From Protoeuglena noctilucae (lineage: Eukaryota), in the NCBI GenBank assembly GCA_958009085.1, contig OY253672.1, positions 434,001 to 498,000 on the forward strand: DNA of 64,000 bases. Reading direction: 5' to 3'. The notes under the pieces are model-generated. The model was given only the letters and a program-made list of their open reading frames with translations. It had not been told where the DNA came from and made no database searches. The position numbers were made by a program, and so were the translations under genes. Within the stretch, counting starts at the first letter, position 1. Each line of letters begins with the position of its first letter. This document shows, piece after piece, positions 1 to 12,000 of this stretch.

Positions 1-1517
1 CCTCGTCGATGGCTCCAAATCCCGGTCCACGTAATCCGCGATGCTCGTGGCGGGCAGCGCTGGTCCCGGGGGTCCCCGGGGCTGCGCGCGCCTTTGCTCC
101 GGGAGTGGGCGGGCCCCGGGGCTGTGCGCCCCGGCGATGGGCGGCAGCGTCACGCCAGCCGGCGACGCCGGGCTCCCCACGTCCACGAGCCGCTGCGCCT
201 CGGCCCTGCGCTGCTGCCGGAGGGACTTCTCCTGCTCCAGTTTCTCCCATTGCGCTCTCAAGTGGTCCGCACGCGCGCGCAGCTCCGCCAGATTGCCGGC
301 CGGCTTCTGCGGGGGGCGACGGGGCATGCCAGTCAGCAATTACCGCGCGCCATATGCAGCGTCACGTGCTCTGCCATGCAGCCACCCAGGCAGACCAGCG
401 GCGGGGACACAGGCAGGACTCTGCTTATGGCTGAATATGGACAAACGGTGTTGCTGGTGGCTATGGCCACGCTCCACGTCACCTTGGCGGCGTCCGTCTC
501 GACCGGCAGCGGCCCGCGCTCCACCATGGTCCCCAGCTGCTTGTCCAGGGCCTGCAAGCGCTCCTGGATCGTCTGCGTCATTTGGACTTGACGCGGGGAC
601 GCAGTGGCGAGCGCCTCCGGGGCAGCGGAGGGACCCGTAGGGGCGCCAGCGGACGCGCCGGGAGGTCCGGGCGCCGGCATCGGGGGCCCTCGGCCGGCCA
701 ACACTGCAACCCCCGAGGGTACCCGTCCGGGCTGGACAGGCGGGCCTCGCCCCGGCATGACGGGGGGGCCGCGGCCTGGCATGGACTGCCCCGGGGGAGC
801 GCGGCCTGGCTGCGGGGCGCCGCGCCCCGGCATGGGAGCCAACTGAGCCGGAGGGCCGGCCTGCTGCGTGGGCGCAGGGCCGCCAGGCCCTGGCTGCACC
901 GGCATGCCGGGCGGGCCACCCGGGCCAGCCGGCGGACCCCAGGGACACATGGGTGGGCCGCCCGTGGGCCCCGCCGCTTGCGCCGGGCCCTGCTGCGGCG
1001 CCCACGCGACCCCCGGCTGCCACCCAGGTGGTGGGCCCCGCCCAGGCATCGGTGCCCCGCGCCCCGGCTGCCAGCCGGGCGGAGGGCCACGGCCCGGCGC
1101 TGGGCCTCCGGGACCGAGCCCTGGGCCTCCGGGACCGAGCCCTGGGCCTCCGGGACCGAGCCCTGGGCCTCCGGGACCGAGCCCTGCAGGAGGCGCGGAC
1201 GCGGGCCCAGCGACGGGTGCGCCAGCCTGCATGTCCCCACGCCCGCTCCCCTGGGGAGGGCCCTTGTCACCGGCCCCGGAGCTGCTTGGACCTTCTGGCG
1301 CTGCAGGTGGGTGGAGGATGAAGTACAACTTTACAAGGGCCCCTCATGGGCACGCGGGCTCTGCTGGCGGTTGTGGCAAGGGCCCCGACGCTGGCGCACC
1401 TTCCGAGTTCAGCGCACCCAGCGCCTTTGCCACCCCGCGGGCCTTGCGGTGCTTGTCCGTTTCGGAGTCGACTCTCTCAGCATCGACACCTTCCTCCTTA
1501 GAGCTCCCGGCGCCCAT
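1..1517 (-). CDS. Pro/Gly-rich hypothetical protein with an N-myristoylation-like start and a C-terminal coiled coil; 3' end runs off the window
   Basis: ATG at 1517 gives MGAGSSKEEGVDAERVD. A GT..CTGCAG intron leads into the PGRGPP/GPGGPGL-rich ORF 333-1328. A later exon reads NLAELRARADHLRAQWEKLEQEK. Confidence 0.6.
1100..1184. repeat. 21-bp coding tandem repeat x4 (ctgggcctccgggaccgagcc), encoding GPGGPGL on the minus strand
   Basis: Four perfect copies are visible. Confidence 0.95.
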
Positions 1518-2114
1518 CTGGGCGCGTCATGCGCAGGGCCCGTCCTACGCGGGGCACCTGCCGCGTCCCCTAGCCTGCGATGCGGCAGGCTAGGTGTTCA
1601 GACAGAGCGCTCGCGATGGGGTGCAACATACTGCAACGCAACGAGGCGTGGGGCAACCGCAATGCGCGCACATGTGTGCATGCACATTCGCGCCCTACGG
1701 CGGGCCGCAGCCGAACATCTCCCAGCTGCGCGCTCACCTTTGCGGAGCGATACCGGCAAAGCGCTGTAGCTCAAAGGCCGTGCCTGGTTGGAGTCGTGAC
1801 CCGATGCTTAGCCGCTGGCGCCAAAACACCAACCGGGGGATTTCCCTGCGCAAGTTTGGAAAGAATAGCTTGGTTGAAATGGGACAGCTTCTCCTTGGTC
1901 GCGCTCTGACGCACAGATGTGCCACTGGCACGGCAACGAGGGTTTTTGGTTGAACAGTCGAATGATCGTAGCTTTCCACACACATTTCGTGCGGCGACAC
2001 AAGAACTGGCCGCTCTTGGCAGGAGCTGGCCGCGGATTGGCTGGGCATGGCGCGCTCTTGATTTCCTGGCTCTCCGAGAGGGGGGGCGCGGGTTGCTTCG
2101 TAAGACTCCTGAAG

Positions 2115-5100
2115 ATGCATGCAAACGAGCGGGGCCTTTTGGGGAGGCTCGTCAGGGCCCTTGTGGCGGTGAGTGAGCCCAGCCTAACGCTGCCGTGTTC
2201 AACTCGCATTCACGCTGTGTCGCACGGCATGCACATTGGGAGGCATAGAATTCGCACGTGGATGTATGATGCATGGACGGAAGCGGGCGCTCGTTTGGAG
2301 CTCGCGGACGACTTGAAGGGATCTCCGCTCCGCACGCAGGTGGTGTCCGGGCCGGCGTGGCTGTTCGTGGTCGTGGTCCCCACGGCGTTGGGTCTCCTCT
2401 GCCTGGACTGCTTCTGGTGGCTCGGCTTAAAGAATACCACCCCGTACGTCGTCACGCTCGCGTGCGTCGTGCTCCTCAACGCCGCCGTCCAGCGCCTGTG
2501 CCACATTCGCGCCGATGTCCCGCTGGACCTGAGCCTGGCCAAGGACAGGCCATTCTGGTGAGATGCGCGCGCCTTTGGACGGATCAGCTCTTTCATTCGA
2601 GCCTCATGGCGCGACAGCCTCCTTGCGGCCCCTCGCAGGCTCCCGGAGGCGTTGGATGCCATCGCGGTCGGGGCCTTTGTCGCGGCCGATGTCGTGCTGA
2701 AAATCGAGGGCGGTGAGGGCCCGCCGCGCTCGTCGCGGGACGTCGTGAGGTGGACGATGACAATGCTTTCGGAGCAATACACGATGTCGCTGGCTCTTTT
2801 GATGGCGACGACCGTCCACTTAGGCGTGGGCATGTACCGGTACTCGTGCTGGGCCCCGAGGCTGCGCGGCGAGGCGCAGAGCGCCACCGACCGCAACGCG
2901 CGCTACTTCGTCCTGGTCAGCGCCGTCCTGGCCACGATCGGCTTCGCGGCGATGATGCAGGCGGTGGTGAGGGTTCTTGAGATGCCGAGCGAGATGGTCC
3001 CGCGCCATCGTGAGACGTCCGCGAACGAATACGTTCACATTTGCCATGCAGGTCCAGATTCGGACGCAGGAGGTGCCCTGGAACTCGCTGCGCGAGGTCG
3101 CATTGTCCATGGAGCTGCTGTCGAGTGTCACGGACGAGCAGCAGGTGAAGCAGAGGCCCATTCACAAGCTGGAGAGGACTCTTTTTCCCCGCCTGCCTCT
3201 CACGTTCTGCTTTGCTGATTGCTCACCTCTCCGATCCTCCGCCCGCAGTTCCGCGCCGCCGCGGCCTCCGTCCTCCACGGCCCGCACGCGAACGTGGGCA
3301 TGTCGTGCGTCACGGCCGTCCAGCTCCGCCTGGGCGCGTGGGTGGTGCAGGGCAGCGCCTTGGGATCGCACCGGATCGTCGTCACCAGCCCGGACGGCTC
3401 CCTCACTGCCACCCTCGACACCACGCGCTGCTACTTCGCGCACGCCATCTCCCTCGGGGTTTTCAAACTGGTGCGTCTCTGCGCCGCCTGCTGGCTCATA
3501 CGCAGGCCAGTCCTTGCTGGCGGGCCCGCACTTGACCCGCACTTCATGACAATCGCTGAGCCTCTCTCCCCTGCGCAGGCCGTCGTGCTCATCTACCTCG
3601 CCTGGCTGCTCAGCATCACCTGGTGCACGCAGCGCATGTTCATTCGCCCCCTGCGCAAGCTCCTGGACGGGTGAGATGCACCTCGCCTGTCGCCCTTGCT
3701 ACCCAGTGACCCGCTACGTACCCTTACATGTCGCCACTTGCACCCACGACTTCGCCTAACGTTGATTGGATTGCATCCTGGTTCCCCGCCCTGCCTGACA
3801 CTGTACCCGGCACCCCTCGCCTCAGGATCATCGTGCTGGGGAGCCAGCTGGACCCGGACGGCATGCTGCGGCAGGAGGTCCTACCGGGGGCAGCGTTCCA
3901 ACACGACGACAACCTGTGGGTTGAGGCGAGCAGCGTCAGAAACAGTGGCTGACTCTGTTGAGGGTGGTGCGCAAGGGTCTAGTGAGGCTATCAACACAAC
4001 CTCTCATTCGATGTCCCTCAGGAAGCCGTGGCACGCACCGTCAAGAGCATCAAGCTGCTGCTGAAGGCGGCGTCGCGTGGCCAGGCGCTGGTGAAGCAGG
4101 TCATGCGGGGGGCGGCTGCCGAGGGCACCCAGGGAGGGCGGCAGGAAGTGGAGAGGCTGGCCATGTTCGGGGCCGAACAGGACCCCGCGGCCTCGCGGAG
4201 GTTCCGCACCACCGACTCCCGCCGGATTCGGTCGTTCAAAGCGCGGTCGTTCCAGTTGCGGGCGCGCGCGCTGCCCGGGTCCTCGCAGAGCGGCCGGGGC
4301 GCGTCGCCGGGCATCTCCATGGTCAAGGGCCGCAGCGGCACGAGGGGCGTGGACCCCTCCGGCCACTGCGCCTGGGACGCGGGCGCGGGGACGCTGCAGC
4401 CCTTTTTGGAGCTCACGGCGGATCGAACCTGGGCCGTGGACACGCTCGCGATGACGACGGAGCGGTCGCTCGACCTCGTGGTGGAGATGTTCCGCTTTCT
4501 GCGCCTGCTGCTGCCCGAGGGCGAGGACGGCGGCCATGTCCGCACCAAGACCCTCATGGAGCAGTCGATGGCAATTGGCGCGGGGTCCGATGACGGCGCG
4601 GGCGTGCCGATGGTGCGGGAGAGGACCCTGCGGCGTTTCCTGGAGGAGCTCGAGGCGCGGTACAACGACAACCCGTACCACAGGTGAGGGCTTGGGTGGC
4701 AGCAACGGTGGTGTCGAGGGTGGCAGTGGTGGTGGCAGTGGGGGTGGTGTTGAGGGTTAGCAGATTTGCAATTGGTGAGGCAGGGGCCTTTCAAAACCCC
4801 CCTCCCTCCCCATCTCTCCCTGCAGGTGGGCGCACGCGGTGGACGTGGCGTTCTCGACCCTCGTCCTCCTCACGCGCGCCCGGAGCTTCCGCCTGCGCTA
4901 CTTGAGCCGCCTGGACGTCTTCAGCCTCATGGTGGCGAGCCTGGCGCACGACGTGGGCCACAAGGGACTGTCAAACGCCTTCCTGGTGCGCACGCGCGAC
5001 GTCCTGGCCATGACCTACAACGACGTCGGTGTCCAGGAGAAGCTCCACGCCTCCACGCTCTTCGTGCTGTGCTCTACGGTCGAGGACGCGAACGTGTTCG

Positions 5101-7820
5101 AGTCGCTGAGCCCCGCGCAGTTCCACCGGGCGAGGAGGATCATTGTGGACGCCGTGCTGGACACGGACATGGCCGCCCACTTCAACAGGTGACTGTTAGT
5201 GTTATATGGATGCGTGACTTTTTGATTAGTGTCATGTGTACTCATCGTCGACGCCGTGCTGGACACGGACATGGCATGCCACTTCAACAGGTGATGGGCA
5301 CTGGCACTTCTTTAGGTGATCAGTGGTTTTTGACCAGTCGAACATAGACAGACGCACGTCACTGTTAATTCCGTCGCTCACCCTCTCTCACCCTCGCTCA
5401 CTCACCCCTCACCCCGCCCCTCCCCCACGCAGGGTGGCGGAGCTGGAGATCGTCGCGCGCGACGCCTCCTCGAACCCCAGCGCCCGCCGCGAGGGAGAGC
5501 CCCCCGCGCCCGACATGCTTGCCGTGGTCACGGGGGAGTCGCCAGCAGCGGCGGAGGCGGCGAAAAGCGACGCGACGGGGGGGCCACGGTGACTGGCGCA
5601 ATGCGGCGCAGTTTCTACTGATAACACCGTTGACATGATTGACGCGTGCTAACCCGTGCCAAGGTGACGATGTGCCCCAGCACGCCCACTCACCCACGCC
5701 TGCCCCGTGCTTCCGTCTTGCAGGCTGAGCCCTCCCGAGGTTCGCGGCATTTTGATCGCCTTACTGCATGCCGCTGACCTGGGAAACAGCTTCAAGCCCG
5801 TCCACTTGCACGCCAAGTGGTCGCTGCGAGTGATGGAGGAGTTCTTTGGAGAGGGGCGGCAGTTGCAGGTGAGGGTGGGTGGGGTGGGCGATAAGACATG
5901 GGGCAGCGTGGCATTGAAAGGTAGCGTTGTGTGCAGGCAAGCGTGGGGCACGGGTAGGGCATGGGGCATCTCATCCCCGCACCCACCATAGCTCCGCACA
6001 CGCACCCCGCCCCTGATGCACCCCCACCCGCAGTCGCTCCGCGTGCCCATTCCACCCCTCATGGACCCCCAGCGCTGCTACCTCCCCGGCTCCCAGCTGG
6101 AGTTCTTGGACATCATCGCCCGGCCCCTCCTTGTGACCCTGTCTCGCGTCCTGCCAGAGACGGCCTTCACCCTCGACGCCCTCGGGAACAACTTCCAGTT
6201 CTGGACGGGAGTGACTCTGCTCGACAAGAGGGCCGCGGGGGCCCCGGAGCAGTCGGGCAGGTCCTGGCGCGCGCCCCACCGCCACCACCCCAGGAGCCAG
6301 GTGCTGGCGTCGGCGCGCTTCAGCGTCAACCCGCTGTCCCCGCGGGGGCTGGACAGGGTCTCGCCGCCGGCCCCGGGTGGCGCTGCGGGGGCGACAGGTG
6401 GCGCGACGGGTGTGGCCCCGGCCAGCCCCGGCGGCGGCACAAAGGCGGTCCATCGCGACGGGGCCGCTGCGCCGTCCCCCGCGGACCTCGTCAGCGCCCT
6501 CTCGATGCGACTGGGCCTCGGGCCCTTCACCGCGCGTGCGGGGGGGGCGGACGGGGCCGGGGGTGCCCCGTCGCCTGCCTCCGCCCCCCGCCGGCGGTCG
6601 GTGACCCACATCCGGCCGCAGGAGACGAGCGGGAACAGCGCGGTCGAGGGAGCGGGGAGCGGGCCAGCCGCGGCGCCCGGCACGCCTGGCGACGACCGGC
6701 GACCGTGGGGCGACAGCGACGGGGCCGCCGGGGCGCGGGGTTCGGTCCTGGGCCGCAGGCAGCGGCTGGGGACCCTCGCCGACGCCTCCAGCATGCCGGA
6801 GGGCCCGAGGGGTGGCGCGGGCAGGTGAGGGGGCGTGCGCGGGCGGCCCGCATGCCTGCGACACCCACAGTTGCGGTTCGTGCCAAGTCATGGCTCCCGC
6901 AGACGACACTTTTGGGTATATGGTCACCAGGCGTTCCAGCTCAGTACCAGTCGCCAACGTTCACGTCCCGTGCCTCTGTCGTGCTCCCAGGCTCCGGGCG
7001 GGTGACACCCCTCAGTCTCAGCTGTCCTCCCGCAACTCCGTCCCCAGCACCAGCCGCCGCAACCGCCACTCGCACTTGGGCGCGCTGTTCGGCGCCCATT
7101 TCCGATCGTCGAGGAACGAGGCGGGTGACGGGTGGGGCACGCTCGACACGGCGGAGTGGGCCATGCACGTGCTCACCTGCTGCATGCTGGGGGCGGCGCC
7201 CTTTGACGGCGGCGACGACGCGGTTCTCACGGTGAGGGTTGGATTGAGTAGGCATGCGCATGGCGGAGTGACTGGTGAAGACGGTGAGGGCGGGCGTGGA
7301 TGGGCGTGCGTATGGCGGGGTGACTGGTGAAGACGGTCGTTTCCTTACCTCACCTTTCTCTCCCCTTCCCGCCCCTGCTACCGCAGCTCCAGACCGACCC
7401 CGGCAAGAGCCAGGCCATCTGCGCTGACGCCCTTCAGCTCGTGGCCGCCATCCTCAGCACCGGCGTCCGGGTCGTGCCCCAGGTGACGTTTGCTGGCACT
7501 TCACTGGCTGTTCACTGGCTGTTCACTGGCGTCCGCTTGCGATGCTGTCGCTGTCAGCGCCCCACCTCCCCATCCGTCGCGTGAGTGGTTGTGGGCTAAC
7601 TGCACAGCACGATCGATGACATCACGAGATACATCAAGGCATGCCGTCCCTGCACCCACCGCTAGGCCATTCTCGGGCAAAGCACGTTGCCGCCTTCTCC
7701 CCTGACAGGCATGTCCCGTCAGGCACAGCACGTTCGCGTACCTCCCCGCAGGTCCTGGCCACCGAGAGCCAACTGACCCGACTGCGGCAATTCTTGGACA
7801 GCCTCGGACCGAGCCCGTGA
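2115..7820 (+). CDS. Multi-transmembrane class I cyclic nucleotide phosphodiesterase
   Basis: Spliced exons give YNDNPYH|RWAHAVDV, HDVGHKGLSNAF (PDEase_I signature), LDTDMAAHF, HAADLGN, WSLRVMEEFF and SQLEFLD. The N-terminal exons are hydrophobic. Start and last exon (..LDSLGPSP*) are inferred. Confidence 0.88.
7499..7530. repeat. 11-bp intronic tandem repeat (ttcactggctg) x~3
   Basis: Seen directly. Confidence 0.8.
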
Positions 7821-7873
7821 GAGGCCGAGCGCAGCCTGTCAACAGCGGGGGCGGCTCCGGACCAACAGCGTCC

Positions 7874-8078
7874 CAGCAACAATTTTCACACAAGCGCTTT
7901 GGTTGAGACCAAGCGCGGGCAGCCCTTGCTGCAAGAGCAGCCAAGAGCGGCCTGGCAACAGTTCCCGTACAAGCGCTCCGCCCCGTGTGACCAAGCGAGG
8001 GCGGCCTCAACTGCACGAGCGGCCCCGCAACAGTTTTCGCACAAGTGCTCCGGTTCCGGCCCGTGCGACCATACAAGC
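7874..8078. repeat. Degenerate ~72-79 bp tandem repeat x3 downstream of the PDE
   Basis: gcaacaattttcacacaagcgct (~7876), gcaacagttcccgtacaagcgct (~7955), gcaacagttttcgcacaagtgct (~8027), each followed by gacca..aagcg. Confidence 0.7.
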
Positions 8079-9067
8079 GGTTCGACTCGGGGACAAGTGT
8101 CGACCCCAGCGCTGCGCAACGCGACCTTTTGACTGCAGTCGGGATGCGCGGACCCCCTCGCATCCCGGCGTAGACGCACCCCGTGGTCCTCACCCGTGCA
8201 CTCCTGTGGTACCCTGCCCTCCGTCGGTGTTGCCTACCTACAGGTGGGTAACCCTGACCGTAGCCCTTCATCCAATCGACTCCGGTTCCACTCTTGTCGC
8301 ATGCTGCGATCGATGTCGCGTCCACTGCGGCTCCCAGCGCCGCGCAGGCCGGCCCAGTGCCGCCCTTGCGCAACACCAAATGCGCAACCCTAGCGGCCAG
8401 TCCCGGACTCCAGCTCGCAGGGCCGGCGCGGCCCTTTTGAGTCCCCCGCCAGTCTGCGCCGCCCTAGTCCCGCCATCGTCTCTCAGCCTTGCCTCGTCGC
8501 AATGCGTTAGACGGACCCTGTGACCCTCACGCCAGCCCCGGCGTGCTCAGCCACCTTGCCGATTTGCGTGCGTGGACAGTGGCTGCACGATTCCCCGACA
8601 ATAAGGATCCGTTCCACGTGTCACCTTCCCAGTTTTGGTTTCTCACTGACTGCGCTTCCGCGATCGCTTTGCGATGCCCGGTGCCTGACACTTGGCCCCT
8701 TGCGTGGTCCTTGGCATGCATGCGCGCACTTGTTACATGTGCTCGTGATCAAGAGTTCCAATATGCTCTTGAATGAAGCCCTTTGCCTGCTCTTGCGCAA
8801 ATTGACAGCTTGACATTGGAATTGAGACGGACAGCGCCCGCCACGCCGCCACGGCATGCATGCCACGCACCCTGCTGCTGCAGTGAGCCAGCCTCTCAGG
8901 GGCTACGATGAGTTACTCAAGAGCCCACTCCTAGCCTAGCTCCTCAGTGCCACAGGCGCTGACACCCAGCTTCGCTTCGCTCGACTGCTCCCCTGAGCTC
9001 AGCTGCTCCCCTCCACACAGCTCACTGCTTTCTAAGCTCAACTGCCCTCAGCTTATCTCTTCTCCGC

Positions 9068-12000
9068 TCAGCTGCTCTCTTCCACTGCGTTTTTCTCGGC
9101 GCCGTCGCCCCCACTGTGCTCCTCAGACCCCATCCCTTCACCCACAGTCCCGTCTCCGCCACACGCACCCTCACCCCCGTCAGCTGCGCCCTCACTTTCA
9201 TCAGCCCCACCGTCACCCCCGTCGCCCCCACCCTCACTCCCATCAGCTGCGCCGTCATCCCCATCTCCCGTCCCACCTCCCTCATGCCCTCCCGACACAT
9301 CCCCTGCCTCTTTCACATCCTCATCACCACCCGCCCCATCATCCACACCCTCACCACCCTCCTCATCCCCTCCTGCAGCCCCATCACCGCCCGCCTCATC
9401 CGCACCCTCGCCACCCCTCTCATCCACCCCCGCACCCTCCCCAACCCTATCACCCTCACCCTCCCCGCCCCCTCCCACTCGCCCACCCCCTCTGACCCCC
9501 TCCAGCGCCCCCACAGACACCGACGCTGCCGCCAAGGGGTGGCTCTCCCTCAGTCGCGCATACAGGTCCCCCGCACGCTGCAGGGCGCCGCTCAGGGCCA
9601 TCGCGCCCTCCCGGCACGCCACGCTCGGCACCCAATCCACCGCCCGGCTGTTCAGGGCCCAGCTGCCGGCCCCCGGCCCGGAGTCGCTGTTGGTGTCGCT
9701 ATCGCCACCTTGCTCCACTGCGCTGGGCCGCTCGGCGCCCGGGGGCACGTGGGGTGCGGGTCCGACGGGGCTCTGCCGGGACCAGGCGGGCCCGGATCCG
9801 AGCAACTGCACGGCCTCTTGCCTGGGGTGGGGGTGGGATGCGTGGGTGGGGTGGGTGGAGTGGGTGGCAGGGGATGAGAGCGTGCGTGGGTTGGGATATC
9901 TTACCAGCACCCCTGCTCACCCCATCTTACTAGCGCTTCAAATCACTCCATTTTATCACCACATCCCCTCACCTGACACGCGCCGCCTCGTTGAGCCCCC
10001 TGGCCATAGCCTGGCAGAGGGCCTCGTACTGGGAGCGCAGTTTGTGTTGCGCCGACAGCACGTCCTGGAGCACCTCCTTGGCCTCGTGGACCTGGGGGAA
10101 CGTGAGGTGCTGTGGTGACGGGTGATAGATAATGGATGCATGGTATGCATGCATGTGACCATGGTACGGGAGACATGAGCGATGCAAACGCGGAAAGGCG
10201 AATGTCACCCTCACTGCCATCACCGCCACTTGTTGACATCAGCATCACCTTGCTCATCTGCTCCACTTGCTCCGCCGCCCCCCGCAGCTGCCCCGCGAAC
10301 CACGACGCGTGCCCCAGCTGAGACTCCACCTCGTCGCACAGCCGGCCCACTTAGCGGGCACCCGACCGCATCAGAGCCTGCGGATGAGGCAGATTATTAT
10401 GTGTTGATTACTCACTGGTAGTACTACTGGGATTACTATCAGACTCTGGTATCACATGAACATGACATGGGGCGACGTACGAGGCCAGCAGCGCATCAGC
10501 ACACACACTCTCTCTCCACCCCACCTCCCAATCACACCCACGCACCTCCGTTGACGACAGTTCGTCAGTTAACAACCCACACACGCTCCACCACCACCAC
10601 CACCACCCACACACCCACGCACCTCTGTCGACGACAGCACCCCCGCCCACACGCGCCCCCTCCTCCTCTCCTGGGCCCTCTGGAACGCGGACATGGCCTC
10701 CGACACAAACGCCGCGCAGTGTTCGATGGCTTTACGCTCGGCATTGTGGTCCTCCGCCTGGGCAGCCAGGGTTTCGTGCTGCGGGGAGGGTGAGGGCGGG
10801 GAAGGGCAGGGGTGGGGAAGGGGAGGGGTGAGGGTGGGTGGGGAGGGGTGGTTGGGGAGGGAGGGGAAGGGGAGGGGTGAGGGTGGGTGGGGAGGGCGCG
10901 GGAAGAAGGGGAGGGGTGAGTGCAGTAGGGTGGCGGCTGTGCACCTTTGCCATTACACTCATTCCCTTCGCAGCACGTTCCCTCACCTGCGCAATTATAC
11001 TCCCCAGCACGTTCTCTCCTCACCTGTGCGATCAAGCTCCTAAGCACGTTCTCGTTGGCGGCCACGAACGCGTCCCTCTCCTGCACCGCGGCACTCAATG
11101 CGCGCTGCCGGTCGCCGAGCCGCGTCTCCACGGCTTCAAGGGCGTCCAGGAGACGGCGACGCTCGGCCTGAAGGTCCGAGACCTCCTGTGATGTATGGAA
11201 GATGAACAGGCGGTGTAAAGGTGAGCAATGACAGTGGAAGGGTGAGCGCTGCAGGTCCGACACCTCCTGAGAAGCGGGAGGGATGCACAGGGGTACAGTG
11301 AGAGGGTGCGATGGATCACAGCGAAGGGGTCAGGGATGACAGGGAAAGGGTGAGCGACGACAATCGATGAATCAGCAACAGTTCAAGGGTGAGCGGTGCC
11401 AATGAAAGCACTTAACATGTCCGCCACCGCTGCCCCGCCCACCCCACCCGCCCCCACCCCCTCGCCTGCCGCAGCTGCGCCGCCCTCCCCTCCGTCTCCT
11501 CCACCCGCTGCCTGCGGAATCTCTCCCCCTCGGCTTTCTGCTGCAGCACGCTCGCGATGCGCGCACGCACGCCCTCGTCGGAGCTCTGCACCTCGGAACC
11601 CAGCCCCGCCAGCGCCGCCAGAGCCGCTTTGAAATCCAACGCCGCCCTCATACCCTCTCCATCCACGCCCAGCCCCAACCCCACGACACCCACCCCCGCA
11701 CCGCCGTCGCTGCCCCCGCCGTCGCCCACCGTGGCCTGTGCTTGCGCTGCGGACTTTGGCTGCGTGCGGCTCGCTGCCAGTGCCGCCACCAGGTCTTCCG
11801 CCGCGTCTGCTGCCTCCTCTGCTTTGGCGTGGAGGTCCGCCAGCGCCGGCAGGTCCAGGGCAGGCGGATGCTGGGAGGCAGGAGAGGGGAGCAGGGGTCG
11901 CAGGGGTTGGCAGAGGGAGTTTGGTTGGTACATAGCATCCGCTGCTCATTGGCAAGTCACAGTGACCACACTGCGACCACACCGCTCGCTTGCATTACCT

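Noticed and set aside
2340..3674. Rhodopsin-phosphodiesterase
   Set aside because: No retinal-binding DxxxK helix or opsin helix-C motif is visible.
7874..8110. CRISPR-like repeat-spacer array
   Set aside because: Only 3 degenerate units, no cas genes, and a eukaryotic context.
10351..10353. TAA/TAG=Gln code reassignment as in some ulvophytes
   Set aside because: No in-frame TAR was seen in conserved genes (ACS, ABCG, CDC23). LTD, the decarboxylase, the phosphatase and TPGS2 end at plausible positions with TAA or TAG.
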